Source of the DNA: the human T2T-CHM13v2.0 reference genome, Homo sapiens
DNA length: 64,000 nucleotides
Assembly (NCBI RefSeq): GCF_009914755.1
Contig: NC_060939.1
Direction: 5' to 3' (one strand)
Below are positions 10,801-25,800 of the stretch, piece after piece. Positions within the stretch are counted from its first letter, which is position 1. Every line of letters begins with the position of its first letter. The notes beneath the pieces were generated by a model. The model was not told where the DNA came from. It ran no database searches and was given only the letters and a program-made list of their open reading frames with translations. Both the position numbers and the translations under genes were made by a program.

Positions 10801-13800
10801 CTCCATTCGTGTCCATTCCACTCCAGTCCATTCCATTCGTGTCCATTCCATTCCAGTCCATTCCATTTGTGTCCACTGCATTCCATTCCACTCCATTCCA
10901 TATTATTCCAATACACTCCATTCCATTCTATCACTTTCATTTCCATTCAATTCCATTCCATTTGATTCCATTCCACTCGGTTTCATTCCATTTGAGTCCA
11001 CTCCATTCCATTCCATTCCATTCCATTCAGTTCCATTCCATTCTGTTCCATTCCATTCCGTTCCATTACATTCCATTCCATTCGGTACCATTCCATATTG
11101 TTCCATTCGATTCCATTCGAATCCATTCCATTCCAGTCCATTCCATTCGATTCCATTCCATTCATTTCAATTCCATTCCATTCCATTACATTCCACTTGA
11201 TTCCTCTCCATTCCCTTCCACTGCATTCCGTTCGATTCCATTCCATTGCATTGCATTCCATTCCATTGGATTGCATTCCATTCGATTCCATTCCATTCGA
11301 ATCAATTACATAGCAATCCATTACATTCGAGTCTATTCTCTTCCGTTCCATTCGATTTCGTTCCAATCCATTCGATTCCATTCCATTCGATTCCATTCCA
11401 TACTATTGCATTTCATTCGATTACATTATATTCGAATAAGTTCCATTCAAGACCATTTCTTTTGAGTCCATTCTATTTGAGTCCATTCCCTTTGATTCCA
11501 TAACATTTGAGTCCATTCAATTCCATTCCTTTCGTTTCCATTCCATTTGATGCCATTCCATTCAATTCTGTTCTACTCGACTCCAATACATTCAATTCCA
11601 TTCCATCCGATTCCATTACATTCTTTTCATTTCTTATCCATTTCAAGCCATTCCACTCCATTCCATTCCACTCGTTTCCTTTCCATTCGAGTCCATTCCT
11701 CTCCAGTCCATTCCGTTCAATCCATTCCATTCCAGTCCATTCCATTCGAGTCCGTTCCATTCCAGTCCATTCCATTCGAGTCAATTCCATCCCATTCGAT
11801 GTCTTTCCATAGCGATCCATTCCATTCTATTCCTTTCAATTCCATTCCATTCTATTTCATTCCATTCGATTCCCTTCCATTGGACTCCTTTCCATTCGAG
11901 TGCATTCCATTCCGTTCCATTTCTTTCCGTTCTGTACGATTCCTACCGTTCGATTTCATTTTGTTCCAGTCCATTCCTTTCGCGTCCATTCCATTCCATT
12001 TCACTCCATTCGATTCCATTCCACTCGATTCCACTTCGTTCCATTTCATTGCATTCCATTCTATTCAACTCTATTGCCTTCCATTCCATTCCATTCGATT
12101 ACATTCCATGCGATTCCATTCTAAATCGAATCAATTACATTGCAATCCATTACAATTGAGTCCGTTTTATTCCAGTCCACTGCATTCTGGTCCATTCCAT
12201 TTGATTCCATTCCATTCTATTCCATTCCATACAGTTGCATTCCTTTGGATTCCATGCTATATATATAAATTCAATTCGAGACCATTGCTTTTGAGTCCAT
12301 TCTATATGATTCCATTCCATTCAAGTCCATTACATTTGGTTCAATTCCATTCCATTCCATTCCCTTCCATTCCATTCCAGTTGATATCAATCCATTCGAT
12401 TCCATTCCATTCGAGCACATTCCATTCGAGTCCATTCCATTCGATGCCATTCCATTTGATTCTATTCCATTAGTCTCCATTCAATTCCATTAATCTCCAT
12501 TCCATTCCATTCTACTCCAACTGATTCCATTCCATTCTATTCCTTTCCATTCCATTTCATTCCATTCCATTCCATTTCATTCCATTCCAATCCATTCGCT
12601 TCCATTCCATTCGTGTCCATTCCACTCCAGTCCATTCCATTCGTGTCCATTCCATTCCAGTCCATTCCATTTGTGTCCACTGCATTCCATTCCACTCCAT
12701 TCCATATTATTCCATTACACTCCCTTCCATTCTATTACTTTCATTTCCATTCAATTCCATTCCATTTGATTCCATTCCACTCGGTTTCATTCCATTTGAG
12801 TCCACTCCATTCCATTCCATTCCATTCCATTCAGTTCCATTCCATTCTGTTCCATTCCATTCCGTTCCATTACATTCCATTCCATTCGGTACCATTCCAT
12901 ATTGTTCCATTCGATTCCATTCGAATCCATTCCATTCCAGTCCATTCCATTCGATTCCATTCCATTCATTTCAATTCCATTCCATTCCATTCCATTACAT
13001 TCCACTTGATTCCTCTCCATTCCCTTCCACTGCATTCCGTTCGATTCCATTCCATTGCATTGCATTCCATTCCATTGGATTGCATTCCATTCGATTCCAT
13101 TCCATTCGAATCAATTACATAGCAATCCATTACATTCGAGTCTATTCTATTCCGTTCCATTCGATTTCGTTCCAATCCATTCGATTCCATTCCATTCGAT
13201 TCCATTCCATACCATTGCATTCCATTCGATTACATTATATTCGAATAAGTTCCATTCAAGACCATTTCTTTTGAGTCCATTCTATTTGAGTCCATTCCCT
13301 TTGATTCCTTAACATTTGAGTCCATTCAATTCCATTCCTTTCGTTTCCATTCCATTTGATGCCATTCCATTCAATTCGGTTCTACTCGACTCCAATACAT
13401 TCAATTCCATTCCATCCGATTCCATTACATTCTTTTCATTTCTTATCCATTTCAAGCCATTCCACTCCATTCCTTTCCACTCGTTTCCTTTCCATTCGAG
13501 TCCATTCCTCTCCAGTCCATTCCGTTCAATCCATTCCATTCCAGTCCATTCCATTCGAGTCCGTTCCATTCCAGTCCATTCCATTCGAGTCAATTCCATT
13601 CCATTCGATGTCTTTCCATAACGATCCATTCCATTCTATTCCTTTCGATTCCATTCCATTCTATTTCATTCCATTCGATTCCCTTCCATTGGACTCCTTT
13701 CCATTCGAGTGCATTCCATTCCTTTCCATTTCTTTCCGTTCTGTACGATTCCTACCGTTCGATTTCATTTTGTTCCAGTCCATTCCTTTCGCGTCCATTC

Positions 13801-16800
13801 CATTCCATTTCACTCCATTCGATTCCATTCCACTCGATTCCACTTCGTTCCATTTCATTTCATTCCATTCTATTCAACTCTATTGCCTTCCATTCCATTC
13901 CATTCGATTACATTCCATGCGATTCCATTCGAAATCGAATCAATTAAATTGCAATCCATTACTATTGAGTCCGTTTTATTCCAGTCCACTGCATTCTGGT
14001 CCATTCCATTTGATTCCATTCCATTCTATTCCATTCCATACAGTTGCATTCCATTGGATTCCATGCTATATCTATAAATTCAATTCGAGACCATTGCTTT
14101 TGAGTCCATTCTATATGATTCCATTCCATTCAAGTCCATTACATTTGGTTCAATTCCATTCCATTCCATTCCCTTCCATTCCATTCCATTTGATATCAAT
14201 CCATTCGATTCCATTCCATTCGAGCACATTCCATTCGAGTCCATTCCATTCGATGCCATTCCATTTGATTCTATTCCATTAGTCTCCATTCAATTCCATT
14301 AATCTCCATTCCATTCCATTCTACTCCAACTGATTCCATTCCATTCTATTCCTTTCCATTCCATTCCATTCCATTCCATTCCATTTCATTCCATTCCATT
14401 CCATTCGTGTCCATTCCACTCCAGTCCATTCCATTTAGGTCCATTCCATTCCAGTCCATTCCATTTGTGTCCACTGCATTCCATTCCAATCCATTCCATA
14501 TTATTCCATTACACTCCATTCCATTCTATTACTTTCATTTCCATTCAATTCCATTCCATTTGATTCCATTCCACTCGGTTTCATTCCATTTGAGTCCACT
14601 CCATTCCATTCCATTCCATTCCATTCAGTTCCATTCCATTCTGTTCCATTCCATTCCGTTCCATTACATTCCATTCCATTCGGTACCATTCCATATTGTT
14701 CCATTCGATTCCATTCGAATCCATTCCATTCCAGTCCATTCCATTCGATTCCATTCCATTCATTTCAATTCCATTCCATTCCATTCCATTCCATTCCACT
14801 TGATTCCTCTCCATTCCCTTCCACTGCATTCCGTTCGATTCCATTCCATTGCATTGCATTCCATTCCATTGGATTGCATTCCATTCGATTCCATTCCATT
14901 CGAATCAATTACATAGCAATCCATTACATTCGAGTCTATTCTATTCCGTTCCATTCGATTTCGTTCCAATCCATTCGATTCCATTCCATTCGATTCCATT
15001 CCATACTATTGCATTCCATTCGATTACATTATATTCGAATAAGTTCCATTCAAGACCATTTCTTTTGAGTCCATTCTATTTGAGTCCATTCCCTTTGATT
15101 CCATAACATTTGAGTCCATTCAATTCCATTCCTTTCGTTTCCATTCCATTTGATGCCATTCCATTCAATTCTGTTCTACTCGACTCCAATACATTCAATT
15201 CCATTCCATCCGATTCCATTACATTCTTTTCATTTCTTATCCATTTCAAGCCATTCCACTCCATTCCATTCCACTCGTTTCCTTTCCATTCGAGTCCATT
15301 CCTCTCCAGTCCATTCCGTTCAATCCATTCCATTCCAGTCCATTCCATTGGAGTCCGTTCCATTCCAGTCCATTCCATTCGAGTCAATTCCATCCCATTC
15401 GATGTCTTTCCATAACGATCCATTCCATTCTATTCCTTTCGATTCCATTCCATTCTATTTCATTCCATTCGATTCCCTTCCATTGGACTCCTTTCCATTC
15501 GAGTGCATTCCATTCCGTTCCATTTCTTTCCGTTCTGTACGATTCCTACCGTTCGATTTCATTTTGTTCCAGTCCATTCCTTTCGCGTCCATTCCATTCC
15601 ATTTCACTCCATTCGATTCCATTCCACTCGATTCCACTTCGTTCCATTTCATTGCATTCCATTCTATTCAACTCTATTGCCTTCCATTCCATTCCATTCG
15701 ATTACATTCCATGCGATTCCATTCGAAATCGAATCAATAACATTGCAATCCATAACTATTGAGTCCATTTTATTCCAGTCCACTGCATTCTGGTCCATTC
15801 CATTTGATTCCATTCCATTCTATTCCATTCCATACAGTTGCATTCCATTGGATTCCATTCTATATCTATAAATTCAATTCGAGACCATTGCTTTTGAGTC
15901 CATTCTATATGATTCCATTCCATTCAAGTCCATTACATTTGGTTCAATTCCATTCCATTCCATTCCCTTCCATTCCATTCCAGTTGATATCAATCCATTC
16001 GATTCCATTCCATTCGAGCACATTCCATTCGAGTCCATTCAATTCGATGCCATTCCATTTGGTTCTATTCCATTAGTCTCCATTCAATTCCATTAATCTC
16101 CATTCCATTCCATTCTACTCCAACTGATTCCATTCCATTCTATTCCTTTCCATTCCATTTCATTCCATTCCATTCCATTCCATTCCATTCCATTCGTGTC
16201 CATTCCACTCCAGTCCATTCCATTCGTGTCCATTCCATTCCAGTCCATTCCATTTGTGTCCACTGCATTCCATTCCACTCCATTCCATATTATTCCATTA
16301 CACTCCATTCCATTCTATTACTTTCATTTCCATTCAATTCCATTCCATTTGATTCCATTCCACTCGGTTTCATTCCATTTGAGTCCACTCCATTCCATTC
16401 CATTCCATTCCATTCAGTTCCATTCCATTCTGTTCCATTCCATTCCGTTCCATTACATTCCATTCCATTCGGTACCATTCCATATTGTTCCATTCGATTC
16501 CATTCGAATCCATTCCATTCCAGTCCATTCCATTCGATTCCATTCCATTCATTTCAATTCCATTCCATTCCATTCCATTACATTCCACTTGATTCCTCTC
16601 CATTCCCTTCCACTGCATTCCGTTCGATTCCATTCCATTGCATTGCATTCCATTCCATTGGATTGCATTCCATTCGATTCCATTCCATTCGAATCAATTA
16701 CATAGCAATCCATTACATTCGAGTCTATTCTCTTCCGTTCCATTCGATTTCGTTCCAATCCATTCGATTCCATTCCATTCGATTCCATTCCATACTATTG

Positions 16801-19800
16801 CATTCCATTCGATTACATTATATTCGAATAAGTTCCATTCAAGACCATTTCTTTTGAGTCCATTCTATTTGAGTCCATTCCCTTTGATTCCATAACATTT
16901 GAGTCCATTCAATTCCATTCCTTTCGTTTCCATTCCATTTGATGCCATTCCATTCAATTCTGTTCTACTCGACTCCAATACATTCAATTCCATTCCATCC
17001 GATTCCATTACATTCTTTTCATTTCTTATCCATTTCAAGCCATTCCACTCCATTCCATTCCACTCGTTTCCTTTCCATTCGAGTCCATTCCTCTCCAGTC
17101 CATTCCGTTCAATCCATTCCATTCCAGTCCATTCCATTCGAGTCCGTTCCATTCCAGTCCATTCCATTCGAGTCAATTCCATTCCATTCGATGTCTTTCC
17201 ATAACGATCCATTCCATTCTATTCCTTTCGATTCCATTCCATTCTATTTCATTCCATTCGATTCCCTTCCATTGGACTTCTTTCCATTCGAGTGCATTCC
17301 ATTCCGTTCCATATCTTTCCGTTCTGTACGATTCCTACCGTTCGATTTCATTTTGTTCCAGTCCATTCCTTTCGCGTCCATTCCATTCCATTTCACTACA
17401 TTCGATTCCATTCCATTCGATTCCATTCTACTCGATTCCACTTCGTTCCATTTCATTGCATTCCATTCTATTCAACTCTATTGCCTTCCATTCCATTCCA
17501 TTCGATTACATTCCATGCGATTCCATTCGAAATCGAATCAATTACATTGCAATCCATTACTATTGAGTCCGTTTTATTCCAGTCCACTGCATTCTGGTCC
17601 ATTCCATTTGATTCCATTCCATTCTATTCCATTCCATACAGTTGCATTCCATTGGATTCCATGCTATATCTATAAATTCAATTCGAGACCATTGCTTTTG
17701 AGTCCATTCTATATGATTCCATTCCATTCAAGTCCATTACATTTGGTTCAATTCCATTCCATTCCATTCCCTTCCATTCCATTCCATTTGATATCAATCC
17801 ATTCGATTCCATTCCATTCGAGCACATTCCATTCGTGTCCATTCCATTCGATGCCATTCCATTTGATTCTATTCCATTAGTCTCCATTCAATTCCATTAA
17901 TCTCCATTCCATTCCATTCTACTCCAACTGATTCCATTCCATTCTATTCCTTTCCATTCCATTTCATTCCATTCCATTCCATTTCATTCCATTCCATTCC
18001 ATTCGTGTCCATTCCACTCCAGTCCATTCCATTCGTGTCCATTCCATTCCAGTCCATTCCATTTGTGTCCACTGCATTCCATTCCACTCCATTCCATATT
18101 ATTCCATTACACTCCATTCCATTTTATTACTTTCATTTCCATTCAATTCCATTCCATTTGATTCCATTCCACTCGGTTTCATTCCATTTGAGTCCACTCC
18201 ATTCCATTCCATTCCATTCCATTCAGTTCCATTCCATTCTGTTCCATTCCATTCCGTTCCATTACATTCCATTCCATTCGGTACCATTCCATATTGTTCC
18301 ATTCGATTCCATTCGAATCCATTCCATTCCAGTCCATTCCATTCGATTCCATTCCATTCATTTCAATTCCATTCCATTCCATTCCATTACATTCCACTTG
18401 ATTCCTCTCCATTCCCTTCCACTGCATTCCGTTCGATTCCATTCCATTGCATTGCATTCCATTCCATTGGATTGCATTCCTTTCGATTCCATTCCATTCG
18501 AATCAATTACATAGCAATCCATTACATTCGAGTCTATTCTCTTCCGTTCCATTCGATTTCGTTCCAATCCATTCGATTCCATTCCATTCGATTCCATTCC
18601 ATACTATTGCATTCCATTCGATTACATTATATTCGAATAAGTTCCATTCAAGACCATTTCTTTTGAGTCCATTCTATTTGAGTCCATTCCCTTTGATTCC
18701 ATAATATTTGAGTCCATTCAATTCCATTCCTTTCGTTTCCATTCCATTTGATGCCATTCCATTCAATTCTGTTCTACTCGACTCCAATACATTCAATTCC
18801 ATTCCATCCGATTCCATTACATTCTTTTCATTTCTTATCCATTTCAAGCCATTCCACTCCATTCCATTCCACTCGTTTCCTTTCCATTCGAGTCCATTCC
18901 TCTCCAGTCCATTCCGTTCAATCCATTCCATTCCAGTCCATTCCATTCGAGTCTGTTCCATTCCAGTCCATTCCATTCGAGTCAATTCCATCCCATTCGA
19001 TGTCTTTCCATAACGATCCATTCCATTCTATTCCTTTCGATTCCCTTCCATTGGACTCCTTTCCATTCGATTCCCTTCCATTGGACTCCTTTCCATTCGA
19101 GTGCATTCCATTCCGTTCCATTTCTTACCGTTCTGTACGATTCCTACCGTTCGATTTCATTTTGTTCCAGTCCATTCCTTTCGCGTCCATTCCATTCCAT
19201 TTCACTCCATTCGATTCCATTCCACTCGATTCCACTTCGTTCCATTTCATTGCATTCCATTCTATTCAACTCTATTGCCTTCCATTCCATTCCATTCGAT
19301 TACATTCCATGCGATTCCATTCGAAATCGAATCAATTACATTGCAATCCATTACTATTGAGTCCGTTTTATTCCAGTCCACTGCATTCTGGTCCATTCCA
19401 TTTGATTCCATTCCATTCTATTCCATTCCATACAGTTGCATTCCATTGGATTCCATGCTATATCTATAAATTCAATTCGAGACCATTGCTTTTGAGTCCA
19501 TTCTATATGATTCCATTCCATTCAAGTCCATTACATTTGGTTCAATTCCATTCCATTCCATTCCCTTCCATTCCATTCCATTTGATATCAATCCATTCGA
19601 TTCCATTCCATTCGAGCACATTCCATTCGAGTCCATTCCATTCGATGCCATTCCATTTGATTCTATTCCATTAGTCTCCATTCAATTCCATTAATCTCCA
19701 TTCCATTCCATTCTACTCCAACTGATTCCATTCCATTCTATTCCTTTCCATTCCATTTCATTCCATTCCATTCCATTTCATTCCATTCCATTCCATTCGT

Positions 19801-22800
19801 GTCCATTCCACTCCAGTCCATTCCATTCGTGTCCATTCCATTCCAGTCCATTCCATTTGTGTCCACTGCATTCCATTCCACTCCATTCCATATTATTCCA
19901 TTACACTCCATTCCATTCTATTACTTTCATTTCCATTCAATTCCATTCCATTTGATTCCATTCCACTCGGTTTCATTCCATTTGAGTCCACTCTATTCCA
20001 TTCCATTCCATTCCATTCAGTTCCATTCCATTCTGTTCCATTCCATTCCGTTCCATTACATTCCATTCCATTCGGTACCATTCCATATTGTTCCATTCGA
20101 TTCCATTCGAATCCATTCCATTCCAGTCCATTCCATTCGATTCCATTCCATTCATTTCAATTCCATTCCATTCCATTCCATTACATTCCACTTGATTCCT
20201 CTCCATTCCCTTCCACTGCATTCCGTTCGATTCCATTCCATTGCATTGCATTCCATTCCATTGGATTGCATTCCATTCGATTCCATTCCATTCGAATCAA
20301 TTACATAGCAATCCATTACATTCGAGTCTATTCTCTTCCGTTCCATTCGATTTCGTTCCAATCCATTCGATTCCATTCCATTCGATTCCATTCCATACTA
20401 TTGCATTCCATTCGATTACATTATATTCGAATAAGTTCCATTCAAGACCATTTCTTTTGAGTCCATTCTATTTGAGTCCATTCCCTTTGATTCCATAACA
20501 TTTGAGTCCATTCAATTCCATTCCTTTCGTTTCCATTCCATTTGATGCCATTCCATTCAATTCTGTTCTACTCGACTCCAATACATTCAATTCCATTCCA
20601 TCCGATTCCATTACATTCTTTTCATTTCTTATCCATTTCAAGCCATTCCACTCCATTCCATTCCACTCGTTTCCTTTCCATTCGAGTCCATTCCTCTCCA
20701 GTCCATTCCGTTCAATCCATTCCATTCCAGTCCATTCCATTCGAGTCCGTTCCATTCCAGTCCATTCCATTCGAGTCAATTCCATTCCATTCGATGTCTT
20801 TCCATAACGATCCATTCCATTCTATTCCTTTCGATTCCATTCCATTCTATTTCATTCCATTCGATTCCCTTCCATTGGACTCCTTTCCATTCGAGTGCAT
20901 TCCATTCCGTTCCATTTCTTTCCGTTCTGTACGATTCCTACCGTTCGATTTCATTTTGTTCCAGTCCATTCCTTTCGCGTCCATTCCATTCCATTTCACT
21001 CCATTCGATTCCATTCCACTCGATTCCACTTTGTTCCATTTCATTGCATTCCATTCTATTCAACTCTATTGCCCTCCATTCCTTTCCATTCGATTACATT
21101 CCATGCGATTCCATTCGAAATCGAATCAATTACATTGCAATCCATTACTATTGAGTCCGTTTTATTCCAGTTCACTGCATTCTGGTCCATTCCATTTGAT
21201 TCCATTCCATTCTATTCCATTCCATACAGTTGCATTCCATTGGATTCCATTCTATATCTATAAATTCAATTCGAGACCATTGCTTTTGAGTCCATTCTAT
21301 ATGATTCCATTCCATTCAAGTCCATTACATTTGGTTCAATTCCATTCCATTCCATTCCCTTCCATTCCATTCCAGTTGATATCAATCCATTCGATTCCAT
21401 TCCATTCGAGCACATTCCATTCGAGTCCATTCCATTCGATGCCATTCCATTTGATTCTATTCCATTAGTCTCCATTCAATTCCATTAATCTCCATTCCAT
21501 TCCATTCTACTCCAACTGATTCCATTCCATTCTATTCCTTTCCGTTCCATTTCATTCCATTCCATTCCATTTCATTCCATTCCATTCCATTCGTGTCCAT
21601 TCCACTCCAGTCCATTCCATTCGTGTCCATTCCATTCCAGTCCATTCCATTTGTGTCCACTGCATTCCATTCCACTCCATTCCATATTATTCCATTACAC
21701 TCCATTCCATTCTATTACTTTCATTTCCATTCAATTCCATTCCATTTGATTCCATTCCACTCGGTTTCATTCCATTTGAGTCCACTCCATTCCATTCCAT
21801 TCCATTCCATTCAGTTCCATTCCATTCTGTTCCATTCCATTCCGTTCCATTACATTCCATTCCATTCGGTACCATTCCATATTGTTCCATTCGATTCCAT
21901 TCGAATCCATTCCATTCCAGTCCATTCCATTCGATTCCATTCCATTCATTTCAATTCCATTCCATTCCATTCCATTACATTCCACTTGATTCCTCTCCAT
22001 TCCCTTCCACTGCATTCCGTTCGATTCCATTCCATTGCATTGCATTCCATTCCATTGGATTGCATTCCATTCGATTCCATTCCATTCGAATCAATTACAT
22101 AGCAATCCATTACATTCGAGTCTATTCTCTTCCGTTCCATTCGATTTCGTTCCAATCCATTCGATTCCATTCCATTCGATTCCATTCCATACTATTGCAT
22201 TCCATTCGATTACATTATATTCGAATAAGTTCCATTCAAGACCATTTCTTTTGAGTCCATTCTATTTGAGTCCATTCCCTTTGATTCCATAACATTTGAG
22301 TCCATTCAATTCCATTCCTTTCGTTTCCATTCCATTTGATGCCATTCCATTCAATTCTGTTCTACTCGACTCCAATACATTCAATTCCATTCCATCCGAT
22401 TCCATTACATTCTTTTCATTTCTTATCCATTTCAAGCCATTCCACTCCATTCCATTCCACTCGTTTCCTTTCCATTCGAGTCCATTCCTCTCCAGTCCAT
22501 TCCGTTCAATCCATTCCATTCCAGTCCATTCCATTCGAGTCCGTTCCATTCCAGTCCATTCCATTCGAGTCAATTCCATCCCATTCGATGTCTTTCCATA
22601 ACGATCCATTCCATTCTATTCCTTTCGATTCCATTCCATTCTATTTCATTCCATTCGATTCCCTTCCATTGGACTCCTTTCCATTCGAGTGCATTCCATT
22701 CCGTTCCATTTCTTTCCGTTCTGTATGATTCCTACCGTTCGATTTCATTTTGTTCCAGTCCATTCCTTTCGCGTCCATTCCATTCCATTTCACTCCATTC

Positions 22801-25800
22801 GATTCCATTCCACTCGATTCCACTTCGTTCCATTTCATTGCATTCCATTCTATTCAACTCTATTGCCTTCCATTCCATTCCATTCGAATACATTCCATGC
22901 GATTCCATTCGAAATCGAATCAATTACATTGCAATCCATTACTATTGAGTCCGTTTTATTCCAGTCCACTGCATTCTGGTCCATTCCATTTGATTCCATT
23001 CCATTCTATTCCATTCCATGCAGTTGCATTCCATTGGATTCCATGCTATATCTATAAATTCAATTCGAGACCATTGCTTTTGAGTCCATTCTATATGATT
23101 CCATTCCATTCAAGTCCATTACATTTGGTTCAATTCCATTCCATTCCATTCCCTTCCATTCCATTCCAGTTGATATCAATCCATTCGATTCCATTCCTTT
23201 CGAGCACATTCCATTCGAGTCCATTCCATTCGATGCCATTCCATTTGATTCTATTCCATTAGTCTCCATTCAATTCCATTAATCTCCATTCCATTCCATT
23301 CTACTCCAACTGATTCCATTCCATTCTATTCCTTTCCATTCCATTTCATTCCATTCCATTCCATTTCATTCCATTCCATTCCATTCGTGTCCATTCCACT
23401 CCAGTCCATTCCATTCGTGTCCATTCCATTCCAGTCCATTCCATTTGTGTCCACTGCATTCCATTCCACTCCATTCCATATTATTCCATTACACTCCATT
23501 CCATTCTATTACTTTCATTTCCATTCAATTCCATTCCATTTGATTCCATTCCACTCGGTTTCATTCCATTTGAGTCCACTCCATTCCATTCCATTCCATT
23601 CCATTCAGTTCCATTCCATTCTGTTCCATTCCATTCCGTTCCATTACATTCCATTCCATTCGGTACCATTCCATATTGTTCCATTCGATTCCATTCGAAT
23701 CCATTCCATTCCAGTCCATTCCATTCGATTCCATTCCATTCATTTCAATTCCATTCCATTCCATTCCATTCCATTCCACTTGATTCCTCTCCATTCCCTT
23801 CCACTGCATTCCGTTCGATTCCATTCCATTGCATTGCATTCCATTCCATTGGATTGCATTCCTTTCGATTCCATTCCATTCGAATCAATTACATAGCAAT
23901 CCATTACATTCGAGTCTATTCTATTCCGTTCCATTCGATTTCGTTCCAATCCATTCGATTCCATTCCATTCGATTCCATTCCATACTATTGCATTCCATT
24001 CTATTACATTATATTCGAATAAGTTCCATTCAAGACCATTTCTTTTGAGTCCATTCTATTTGAGTCCATTCCCTTTGATTCCATAATATTTGAGTCCATT
24101 CAATTCCATTCCTTTCGTTTCCATTCCATTTGATGCCATTCCATTCAATTCTGTTCTACTCGACTCCAATACATTCAATTCCATTCCATCCGATTCCATT
24201 ACATTCTTTTCATTTCTTATCCATTTCAAGCCATTCCACTCCATTCCATTCCACTCGTTTCCTTTCCATTCGAGTCCATTCCTCTCCAGTCCATTCCGTT
24301 CAATCCATTCCATTCCAGTCCATTCCATTCGAGTCCGTTCCATTCCAGTCCATTCCATTCGAGTCAATTCCATCCCATTCGATGTCTTTCCATAACGATC
24401 CATTCCATTCTATTCCTTTCGATTCCATTCCATTCTATTTCATTCCATTCGATTCCCTTCCATTGGACTCCTTTCCATTCGAGTGCATTCCATTCCGTTC
24501 CATTTCTTTCCGTTCTGTACGATTCCTACCGTTCGATTTCATTTTGTTCCAGTCCATTCCTTTCGCGTCCATTCCATTCCATTTCACTCCATTCGATTCC
24601 ATTCCACTCGATTCCACTTCGTTCCATTTCATTGCATTCCATTCTATTCAACTCTATTGCCTTCCATTCCATTCCATTCGATTACATTCCATGCGATTCC
24701 ATTCGAAATCGAATCAATTACATTGCAATCCATTACTATTGAGTCCGTTTTATTCCAGTCCACTGCATTCTGGTCCATTCCATTTGATTCCATTCCATTC
24801 TATTCCATTCCATACAGTTGCATTCCATTGGATTCCATGCTATATCTATAAATTCAATTCGAGACCATTGCTTTTGAGTCCATTCTATATGATTCCATTC
24901 CATTCAAGTCCATTACATTTGGTTCAATTCCATTCCATTCCATTCCCTTCCATTCCATTCCATTTGATATGAATCCATTCGATTCCATTCCATTCGAGCA
25001 CATTCCATTCGAGTCCATTCCATTCGATGCCATTCCATTTGATTCTATTCCATTAGTCTCCATTCAATTCCATTAATCTCCATTCCATTCCATTCTACTC
25101 CAACTGATTCCATTCCATTCTATTCCTTTCCATTCCATTTCATTCCATTCCATTCCATTCGTGTCCATTCCACTCCAGTCCATTCCATTCGTGTCCATTC
25201 CATTCCAGTCCATTCCATTTGTGTCCACTGCATTCCATTCCACTCCATTCCATATTATTCCATTACACTCCATTCCATTCTATTACTTTCATTTCCATTC
25301 AATTCCATTCCATTTGATTCCATTCCACTCGGTTTCATTCCATTTGAGTCCACTCCATTCCATTCCATTCCATTCCATTCAGTTCCATTCCATTCTGTTC
25401 CATTCCATTCCGTTCCATTACATTCCATTCCATTCGGTACCATTCCATATTGTTCCATTCGATTCCATTCGAATCCATTCCATTCCAGTCCATTCCATTC
25501 GATTCCATTCCATTCATTTCAATTCCATTCCATTCCATTCCATTCCATTCCACTTGATTCCTCTCCATTCCCTTCCACTGCATTCCGTTCGATTCCATTC
25601 CATTGCATTGCATTCCATTCCATTGGATTGCATTCCATTCGATTCCATTCCATTCGAATCAATTACATAGCAATCCATTACATTCGAGTCTATTCTCTTC
25701 CGTTCCATTCGATTTCGTTCCAATCCATTCGATTCCATTCCATTCGATTCCATTCCATACTATTGCATTCCATTCGATTACATTATATTCGAATAAGTTC

